This document shows, piece after piece, positions 42,544 through 49,011 of a stretch of DNA of 49,011 nucleotides (the first letter of the stretch is position 1; each line of letters starts with the position of its first letter). Both the position numbers and the translations under genes were made by a program. The notes below the pieces were generated by a model. It made no database searches, was not told the origin of the DNA, and saw only the letters and a list, made by a program, of their open reading frames with translations. The DNA comes from a virus (taxonomy: Duplodnaviria > Heunggongvirae > Uroviricota > Caudoviricetes): IMG/VR virus record IMGVR_UViG_2687453442_000006; one strand, written 5' to 3'.

Positions 42544-42760
42544 TATGACAATAGAACATAATAACGCCCTTCGCAGCATTGCCCGTCAGGCTAATTATGA
42601 AATCAAAAAAGCCAGACAGCAGTTTCCGGATAAAAACGTCAATGACATTTGCCGTAGCGTACTAAAGAAGCACCGCGAAACGGTAACGCTGATGGGATTC
42701 ACACCGACTCACTTAAGTCTGGCAATCGGTATGTTAAACGGCGTCTTTAAGGAACGGTGA
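42544..42760 (+). CDS. Hypothetical small protein (71 aa)
   Basis: Track ORF 42407..42760 overlaps the previous gene out of frame; internal ATG with GAGG upstream (MTIEHNNALRSIARQANYEIKKARQQFPDKNVNDICRSVLKKHRETVTLMGFTPTHLSLAIGMLNGVFKER) preferred. Confidence 0.4.
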
Positions 42761-42858
42761 ACATGAAAAGCAAAATCATCAGGGAGCTACAGGCTCCTTT
42801 TTTATTATTCGCATTCACCCTCAAGCGTATTAACCAACAATTCAGGGATTAATGAAAG

Positions 42859-43080
42859 ATGGCAGACATCATTGATTCAGCATCAGAAATCGAAGAATTA
42901 CAGCGCAATACAGCAATAAAAATGCGCCGCCTGAACCACCAGGCTATATCTGCCACTCATTGTTGTGAGTGTGGCGATCCCATAGATGAGCGAAGACGCC
43001 TGGCCGTTCAGGGTTGTCGGACTTGTGCAAGTTGCCAGGAAGATCTGGAGCTTATCAGTAAACAGAGAGGTTCGAAGTGA
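42859..43080 (+). CDS. DksA/TraR-family C4 zinc-finger protein
   Basis: 73-aa ORF MADIIDSASEIEELQRNTAIKMRRLNHQAISATHCCECGDPIDERRRLAVQGCRTCASCQEDLELISKQRGSK; two CxxC pairs; typical phage TraR-like protein. Confidence 0.7.
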   Translation: MADIIDSASEIEELQRNTAIKMRRLNHQAISATHCCECGDPIDERRRLAVQGCRTCASCQEDLELISKQRGSK

Positions 43081-43628
43081 GCGAAATTAACTCTCAGGCA
43101 CTGCGGGCCAAGGCAGAAAAAGCAACGTGTGGTGAGTGGTCGCTCGAATATGGAGAGAGCCGATTTGATGGTGATGATGCGCTAATTCATCGTGAAGTTG
43201 CTGGATATATTCCTATTTGCAGAATTGAAGGAGCGCATCCAGAAAGCGGTTTCGATGAAGATTTCCAAATGGAACAGCAGGCCAATGCTGAATTCATCGC
43301 CGCAGCCAATCCCGCTACCGTCTTGGCGCTGCTGGATGAGCTGGAAAGAAACCAGCAATACATCAAACGCCGCGACCAGGAGAACGAGGAGATTGCGTTA
43401 ACGGTAGGGAAGTTGCGCGTTGAGCTTGAGGCAGAAAAACAGCGGGCAAAGGATCTGTTTATGGAAAATGCTCGGCTTAAGTCAGGTATAGCCGGTCTGA
43501 TACACCTCGGTATTCGATATGCAGATGTTGAGATCATGAGAATTGCTGGAGATGCCCAGCTTTCTACCCCATGCACTGACAGCATCATAAACAGCATTGC
43601 AACAGGCATTCGCATCAAAGGAGAGTGA
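43077..43628 (+). CDS. ea22: Ea22-like protein (lambda b-region), with divergent central/C-terminal segment
   Basis: 183-aa ORF; first about 105 aa (MSEINSQALRAKAEKATCGEWSLEYGESRFDGDDALIHREVAGYIPICRIEGAHPESGFDEDFQMEQQANAEFIAAANPATVLALLDELERNQQYIKRRDQENE) and the last residues (..GIRIKGE) match lambda Ea22; the middle differs. Confidence 0.8.
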   Translation: MSEINSQALRAKAEKATCGEWSLEYGESRFDGDDALIHREVAGYIPICRIEGAHPESGFDEDFQMEQQANAEFIAAANPATVLALLDELERNQQYIKRRDQENEEIALTVGKLRVELEAEKQRAKDLFMENARLKSGIAGLIHLGIRYADVEIMRIAGDAQLSTPCTDSIINSIATGIRIKGE

Positions 43629-43830
43629 TATGAGCAGGAATACGGGTTTGTAAAAGATAACGCTTGTGAAAATGCTGAATTTCGCGTCGTCTTCACAGCG
43701 ATGCCAGAGTCTGTAGTGTCAGATGATGACCGTACTCAAACATCGGGTTGAGTATTATTTTACTGTTTCTTTACATAAACATTGCTGATACCGTTTAGCT
43801 GAAACGACATACATTGCAAGGAGTTTATAA

Positions 43831-44112
43831 ATGAGTATCAATGAGTTAGAGTCTGAGCAAAAAGATTGGGCGTTATCAATGTTGTGCAGATCCGGTGTCT
43901 TGTCTCCATGCAGACATCACGAAGGTATTTATGTAGATGAAGGTATAGATATAAAGTCGGCATACAAATATTCCATGAAGGTTTATAAGTCTAATGAAGA
44001 CAAATCCCCATTCTGCAATGTGCGAGAAATGACTGATACCGTGCAAAATTATTATCACGAGTACGGTGGAAACGATACTTGCCCTCTCTGTACAAAACAT
44101 ATAGATGATTAA
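43831..44112 (+). CDS. ea8.5: Ea8.5 protein
   Basis: 93-aa ORF MSINELESEQKDWALSMLCRSGVLSPCRHHEGIYVDEGIDIKSAYKYSMKVYKSNEDKSPFCNVREMTDTVQNYYHEYGGNDTCPLCTKHIDD matches lambda Ea8.5. Confidence 0.85.
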   Translation: MSINELESEQKDWALSMLCRSGVLSPCRHHEGIYVDEGIDIKSAYKYSMKVYKSNEDKSPFCNVREMTDTVQNYYHEYGGNDTCPLCTKHIDD

Positions 44113-44200
44113 ACCCAATATTACATAACAATCCTCGCACTCGCGGGGATTTATTTTATCTGAACTCGCTACGGCGGGTTTTGTTTTATGGAGATGATAA

Positions 44201-44368
44201 ATGCACTTCCGAGTCACAGGAGAATGGAATGGAGAGCCATTCAACAGAGTTATCGAAGCGGAGAACATCAACGACTGCTACGACCACTGGATGATATGGG
44301 CGCAGATAGCACATGCAGACATAACCAATATTCGAATTGAAGAACTGAAAGAACACCAAGCCGCCTGA
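44201..44368 (+). CDS. Small protein, lambda orf55-like
   Basis: 55-aa ORF not in the track, read by eye (MHFRVTGEWNGEPFNRVIEAENINDCYDHWMIWAQIAHADITNIRIEELKEHQAA), followed by a hairpin plus T-run; coordinates approximate to about 2 bp. Confidence 0.5.
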   Translation: MHFRVTGEWNGEPFNRVIEAENINDCYDHWMIWAQIAHADITNIRIEELKEHQAA

Positions 44369-44407
44369 TGGCGGTTTTTTCTTGCGTGTAATTGCGGAGA
44401 CTTTGCG

Positions 44408-44626
44408 ATGTACTTGACACTTCAGGAGTGGAACGCACGCCAGCGACGCCCAAGAAGCCTTGAAACAGTTCGTCGATGGGTACGCGAGTGCAGGATATTC
44501 CCTCCTCCGGTTAAGGATGGAAGAGAGTATCTGTTCCACGAATCAGCGGTAAAGGTTGACTTAAATCGACCAGTAACAGGTAGCCTTTTGAAGAGGATCA
44601 GAAATGGGAAGAAGGCGAAGTCATGA
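44408..44626 (+). CDS. xis: Excisionase Xis
   Basis: 72-aa ORF MYLTLQEWNARQRRPRSLETVRRWVRECRIFPPPVKDGREYLFHESAVKVDLNRPVTGSLLKRIRNGKKAKS, essentially identical to lambda Xis; overlaps int start. Confidence 0.95.
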   Translation: MYLTLQEWNARQRRPRSLETVRRWVRECRIFPPPVKDGREYLFHESAVKVDLNRPVTGSLLKRIRNGKKAKS

Positions 44627-45674
44627 GCGCCGGGATTTACCCCCTAACCTTTATATAAGAAACAATGGATATTACTGCTACAGGGACCCAAGGACGGGTA
44701 AAGAGTTTGGATTAGGCAGAGACAGGCGAATCGCAATCACTGAAGCCATACAGGCCAACATTGAGTTATTTTCAGGACACAAACACAAGCCTCTGACAGC
44801 GAGAATCAACAGTGATAATTCCGTTACGTTACATTCATGGCTTGATCGCTACGAAAAAATCCTGGCCAGCAGAGGAATCAAGCAGAAGACACTCATAAAT
44901 TACATGAGCAAAATTAAAGCAATAAGGAGGGGTCTGCCTGATGCTCCACTTGAAGACATCACCACAAAAGAAATTGCGGCAATGCTCAATGGATACATAG
45001 ACGAGGGCAAGGCGGCGTCAGCCAAGTTAATCAGATCAACACTGAGCGATGCATTCCGAGAGGCAATAGCTGAAGGCCATATAACAACAAACCCTGTCGC
45101 TGCCACTCGCGCAGCAAAATCAGAGGTAAGGAGATCAAGACTTACGGCTGACGAATACCTGAAAATTTATCAAGCAGCAGAATCATCACCATGTTGGCTC
45201 AGACTTGCAATGGAACTGGCTGTTGTTACCGGGCAACGAGTTGGTGATTTATGCGAAATGAAGTGGTCTGATATCGTAGATGGATATCTTTATGTCGAGC
45301 AAAGCAAAACAGGCGTAAAAATTGCCATCCCAACAACATTGCATGTTGATGCTCTCGGGATATCAATGAAGGAAACACTTGATAAATGCAAAGAGATTCT
45401 TGGCGGAGAAACCATAATTGCATCTACTCGTCGTGAACCGCTTTCATCCGGCACAGTATCAAGGTATTTTATGCGCGCACGAAAAGCATCAGGTCTTTCC
45501 TTCGAAGGGGATCCGCCTACCTTTCACGAGTTGCGCAGTTTGTCTGCAAGACTCTATGAGAAGCAGATAAGCGATAAGTTTGCTCAACATCTTCTCGGGC
45601 ATAAGTCGGACACCATGGCATCACAGTATCGTGATGACAGAGGCAGGGAGTGGGACAAAATTGAAATCAAATAA
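44604..45674 (+). CDS. int: Integrase Int (tyrosine recombinase)
   Basis: 356-aa ORF MGRRRSHERRDLPPNLYIRNNGYYCYRDPRTGKEFGLGRDRRIAITEAIQANIELFSGHKHKPLTAR..., essentially identical to lambda Int including the catalytic C-terminal region (HELRSLSARLY ... LLGHKSDTMASQY). Confidence 0.95.
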   Translation: MGRRRSHERRDLPPNLYIRNNGYYCYRDPRTGKEFGLGRDRRIAITEAIQANIELFSGHKHKPLTARINSDNSVTLHSWLDRYEKILASRGIKQKTLINYMSKIKAIRRGLPDAPLEDITTKEIAAMLNGYIDEGKAASAKLIRSTLSDAFREAIAEGHITTNPVAATRAAKSEVRRSRLTADEYLKIYQAAESSPCWLRLAMELAVVTGQRVGDLCEMKWSDIVDGYLYVEQSKTGVKIAIPTTLHVDALGISMKETLDKCKEILGGETIIASTRREPLSSGTVSRYFMRARKASGLSFEGDPPTFHELRSLSARLYEKQISDKFAQHLLGHKSDTMASQYRDDRGREWDKIEIK

Positions 45675-45747
45675 TGATTTTATTTTGACTGATAGTGACC
45701 TGTTCGTTGCAACAAATTGATAAGCAATGCTTTTTTATAATGCCAAC

Positions 45748-45762
45748 TTAGTATAAAAAAGC
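45748..45762. other. att core (lambda 15-bp overlap sequence) at the prophage-host junction
   Basis: Reverse complement reads TGAAGCCTGCTTTTTTATACTAAGTTGGCATTATAAAAAAGCATTGCTTATCAATTTGTTGCAACGAACAGGTCACTATCAGTCAAAATAAAATCATT: bacterial arm, core GCTTTTTTATACTAA, then lambda P' arm next to int; coordinates approximate. Confidence 0.75.
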
Positions 45763-45808
45763 AGGCTTCAACGGATTCATTTTTCTATTTCATAGCCCGG
45801 AGCAACCT

Positions 45809-47092
45809 GTGAACACATTTTCAGTTTCCCGTCTGGCGCTGGCATTGGCTTTTGGCGTGACGCTGACCGCCTGTAGCTCAACACCGCCCGATCAACGTCC
45901 TTCTGATCAAACCGCGCCTGGTACCTCTTCTCGCCCGATTCTGTCGGCAAAAGAAGCGCAGAATTTCGATGCTCAACACTATTTTGCATCCCTGACACCA
46001 GGTGCGGCAGCGTGGAATCCTTCCCCGATTACCCTGCCTGCGCAACCTGACTTTGTTGTCGGCCCGGCGGGTACTCAAGGTGTAACGCATACCACGATTC
46101 AGGCGGCGGTAGATGCGGCAATTATCAAGCGTACCAACAAGCGCCAGTATATTGCCGTGATGCCTGGTGAGTATCAGGGAACGGTGTATGTCCCTGCCGC
46201 TCCGGGTGGAATTACTCTGTACGGTACAGGTGAAAAACCGATTGATGTGAAGATTGGGCTTTCCCTTGATGGTGGCATGAGCCCTGCCGACTGGCGTCAC
46301 GACGTCAACCCGCGCGGCAAATATATGCCAGGTAAACCGGCGTGGTATATGTACGATAGCTGCCAGAGTAAACGCAGCGACAGTATCGGTGTTCTCTGCT
46401 CTGCGGTCTTCTGGTCACAAAACAATGGCCTGCAACTGCAAAACCTGACCATCGAAAACACGCTGGGCGATAGCGTAGATGCGGGTAACCATCCGGCGGT
46501 GGCACTGCGTACTGATGGCGACAAAGTGCAGATCAATAACGTCAACATTCTCGGTCGTCAGAACACCTTCTTTGTCACCAACAGCGGTGTGCAGAACCGT
46601 CTGGAAACGAATCGCCAGCCGCGTACGCTGGTGACCAACAGCTATATTGAAGGGGATGTGGATATCGTTTCTGGTCGCGGCGCAGTGGTGTTCGATAACA
46701 CCGAATTCCGCGTGGTGAACTCCCGTACCCAGCAAGAAGCGTATGTGTTTGCACCGGCTACGCTGTCCAACATTTACTACGGTTTCCTCGCCGTAAACAG
46801 CCGTTTCAATGCTTCCGGTGATGGCGTGGCGCAACTGGGCCGCTCGCTGGATGTTGATGCCAATACCAACGGTCAGGTAGTGATCCGTGATAGCGCCATC
46901 AACGAAGGTTTTAACACAGCCAAACCGTGGGCTGATGCGGTGATCTCTAATCGCCCGTTTGCGGGTAACACCGGCAGCGTTGATGATAACGACGAAGTAC
47001 AACGCAATCTGAATGACACTAACTACAACCGCATGTGGGAATACAATAACCGCGGCGTGGGTAGCAAAGTGGTTGCAGAGGCGAAGAAGTAG
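45809..47092 (+). CDS. ybhC: YbhC, pectinesterase-family outer membrane lipoprotein (host gene flanking the lambda attachment site)
   Basis: 427-aa ORF (GTG start) with lipoprotein signal (LALALAFGVTLTACSS) and pectinesterase-like beta-helix body; matches E. coli YbhC as I recall it; lies next to the att core, consistent with attB between ybhC and ybhB. Confidence 0.85.
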   Translation: MNTFSVSRLALALAFGVTLTACSSTPPDQRPSDQTAPGTSSRPILSAKEAQNFDAQHYFASLTPGAAAWNPSPITLPAQPDFVVGPAGTQGVTHTTIQAAVDAAIIKRTNKRQYIAVMPGEYQGTVYVPAAPGGITLYGTGEKPIDVKIGLSLDGGMSPADWRHDVNPRGKYMPGKPAWYMYDSCQSKRSDSIGVLCSAVFWSQNNGLQLQNLTIENTLGDSVDAGNHPAVALRTDGDKVQINNVNILGRQNTFFVTNSGVQNRLETNRQPRTLVTNSYIEGDVDIVSGRGAVVFDNTEFRVVNSRTQQEAYVFAPATLSNIYYGFLAVNSRFNASGDGVAQLGRSLDVDANTNGQVVIRDSAINEGFNTAKPWADAVISNRPFAGNTGSVDDNDEVQRNLNDTNYNRMWEYNNRGVGSKVVAEAKK

Positions 47093-47104
47093 GAGCTGTT
47101 AACT

Positions 47105-47225
<121 letters not shown>

Positions 47226-47232
47226 GCGCTTT

Positions 47233-47367
47233 TTACATCTGACGGTTTTTATTGAAGTTAATCAAACTACCCGCCTTGATAATCTCGCGTTCTTCGGCAG
47301 TCAGACTTTCCATATAGAGCGTGATTTCCGTTACCGGTGCATCTTCATGGATCACATAACCTTTAAA
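47233..47367 (-). pseudogene. Possible 3' fragment of a convergent host gene truncated by the IS66 insertion
   Basis: By-eye translation of the minus strand gives an open frame ...[44 protein letters not shown]-stop that abuts the IS66 terminal repeat; identity of the gene not established. Confidence 0.3.
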
Positions 47368-49011
47368 GTAAGCGTCAACGGAGCACCGTATTGACGCTTA
47401 TTTATTGGTGAGTACTACGTTCCATGGCAGGAGTTCGTCAACTCGGTTGGAAGGCCATTCCGGCAGTACGCTCAGGATATGGCGCAGATACGCTTCCGGA
47501 TCGATACCGTTCAGACGGCAGGTGCCGATCAGCCCGTACAACAGTGCTCCACGCTCGCCGCCGTGATCGCTGCCAAAGAACATAAAGTTTTTCTTTCCGA
47601 GACAGACTGCACGAAGCGCTCTTTCCGCAGCATTATTATCCGCCTCCGCCAGACCGTCATCACTGTAATAACAGAGGGCATCCCACTGATTCAGTACATA
47701 GCTGAACGCTTCGCCCAGTCTGGATTTTTTCGACAGCGTACCATTCTTCTCCACCATCCATTCATGCAGCGACGTCAGTAACACTTTGCTTCGCTGCTGC
47801 CTGACGGCAAGACGCTCTGACTCCGGTAATCCCCGTATTTCATCCTCGATGGCGTACAGTTCACTGATTCGCTTCAGGGCTTCTTCTGCCGTCGCACTTT
47901 TGCTGCTGATGTATACATCGTGGATTTTTCGCCGGGCATGGGCCCAGCACGCAACTTCTGTCAGTGCACCACCTTCACGTTCTGCACTGAACAACCTGTC
48001 GTAACCTGTGAACGCATCCGCCTGCAGGATACCCCGGAAGGGGCGGAGGTGTTGCTCCGGGTGTTTCCCCTGCCGGTTCGGCGAGTACGCGAACCAGACC
48101 GCTGGAGGAGATGACGAACCCACATTGCGATCATCCCGGACATACGTCCAGATACGCCCTGTTTTCGCCTTTTTCTGACCCGGTGCCAGTACCTTTACCG
48201 GTGTGTCATCAGTGTGAACCTTGCGGGTGTTCATTACATAACGGTACAGGGCATCATTCACCGGTGTCATTAACTGGCAGCACGCGTCAACCCAGTTGGA
48301 GAGTAAGGCCCGGCTCAGTTCGACACCCTGGCGGGCAAAGATTTCACTCTGACGATACAGTGGCAGATGTTCGCAGTATTTTCCCGTTAACACGCGGGCA
48401 AGTAATCCGGGGCCCGCGATACCACGCTCTATCGGGCGGGACGGCGCCGGTGCTTCAACAATACAGTCACATTTTGTACAGGCTTTTTTTACCCGTTCTG
48501 TGCGGATCACTTTCAGGGCACTGCTCACCAGTTCCAGCTGTTCAGCGCTGACTTCCCCCAGATAATCCAGCTCACCGCCACACTCCGGGCAACAGCTTTC
48601 TTCTGGCTCCAGGCGGTGTATTTCACGGGGAAGGTGTGCCGGTAACGGACGACGATGGCGCGACTGTCGCAACTGGCGGGGAACCTGAGGATCGTCTTCC
48701 CGCCCACTGTAACGATCGCTGTCCTGTTCACGTTGTTTCAGCAGAGCCTCAGCCAGTTCAACTTCACGACGCAGTTTTTCAGAACGGGTACCGAACAGCA
48801 TCCGGCGCAGTTTTTCTATCTGAGCCCGCAGATGTTCTATTTCCCGTTCATCTTCTTCGATCTTTTCTTCGGCACGTGTCAGTGCAGAGCGCAGGAAGGC
48901 TTCCGTCTCTTCAACCAGACTCAGTTGCTGGTCTTTCTGACGGAGGGCTTCAGCCTGCTCAGAGAGCAACCTTTCCAGCTCTGCGATGCGAATGAGGTAT
49001 TTCTGACTCAT
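47368..49011 (-). mobile_element. IS66-family insertion sequence, partial (terminal inverted repeat plus transposase; continues beyond window end)
   Basis: Terminal sequence GTAAGCGTCAACGGAGCACC... of IS66-type at about 47368, immediately followed by the transposase stop; element runs off the window end. Confidence 0.65.
47398..49011 (-). CDS. IS66-family transposase (TnpC / orf3)
   Basis: 537-aa ORF with N-terminal coiled-coil/leucine-zipper (IRIAELERLLSEQAEALRQKDQQL), CxxC...CxxC zinc motif (CCPECGGELD ... CTKCDC) and DDE-type core, as in IS66 TnpC; start codon is the last 3 nt of the window. Confidence 0.85.
   Translation of the reverse strand: MSQKYLIRIAELERLLSEQAEALRQKDQQLSLVEETEAFLRSALTRAEEKIEEDEREIEHLRAQIEKLRRMLFGTRSEKLRREVELAEALLKQREQDSDRYSGREDDPQVPRQLRQSRHRRPLPAHLPREIHRLEPEESCCPECGGELDYLGEVSAEQLELVSSALKVIRTERVKKACTKCDCIVEAPAPSRPIERGIAGPGLLARVLTGKYCEHLPLYRQSEIFARQGVELSRALLSNWVDACCQLMTPVNDALYRYVMNTRKVHTDDTPVKVLAPGQKKAKTGRIWTYVRDDRNVGSSSPPAVWFAYSPNRQGKHPEQHLRPFRGILQADAFTGYDRLFSAEREGGALTEVACWAHARRKIHDVYISSKSATAEEALKRISELYAIEDEIRGLPESERLAVRQQRSKVLLTSLHEWMVEKNGTLSKKSRLGEAFSYVLNQWDALCYYSDDGLAEADNNAAERALRAVCLGKKNFMFFGSDHGGERGALLYGLIGTCRLNGIDPEAYLRHILSVLPEWPSNRVDELLPWNVVLTNK

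Overview
This window is almost entirely a lambda-like (lambdoid) prophage, read here in inverted orientation relative to the usual lambda map, followed by host chromosome. No database search or tool was run: all calls rest on the supplied ORF track, my own reading of the sequence, and recall of phage lambda / E. coli K-12 protein sequences. Coordinates taken from the ORF track (or derived by codon counting inside a track ORF) are reliable; coordinates I located by eye (terminators, cos, att core, IS ends, sub-60-aa ORFs) are approximate to a few bp, because my by-eye indexing disagreed with the track by 1-2 nt in several places. On the minus strand the late operon runs tfa, stf, lom, J, I, K, L, M, H, G/T, V, U, Z, FII, FI, E, D, C, B, W, A, Nu1, then cos, a phage-21/DLP12-type lysis cassette (S, R, Rz/Rz1), a plus-strand porin gene, Q, rusA, ybcO, ninE, ybcN, replication genes P and O with ori iterons, a YdaT-like regulator and cro. 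On the plus strand are cI, the early-left genes gam, bet, exo, ea22, ea8.5, xis and int, then the att core junction, host ybhC, REP repeats and a partial IS66 element at the window end. The other prophage end lies beyond the window start. Two AT-rich insertions stand out as candidate anti-phage/exclusion systems: (1) a translationally coupled two-gene cassette (acetyltransferase-like plus PUA-like fusion protein, then an ASCH-domain protein) directly downstream of cI, where lambda carries rexA-rexB; (2) a solitary 660-aa SIR2-like protein directly downstream of P, where lambda carries ren, with its own terminator. Other notable points: an IS1 with 9-bp target duplication splitting a ybcV-like gene, an enlarged side tail fibre, a minimal early-left region with a non-lambda ORF in the N position, and module mosaicism. 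No CRISPR array, tRNA or rRNA was seen.
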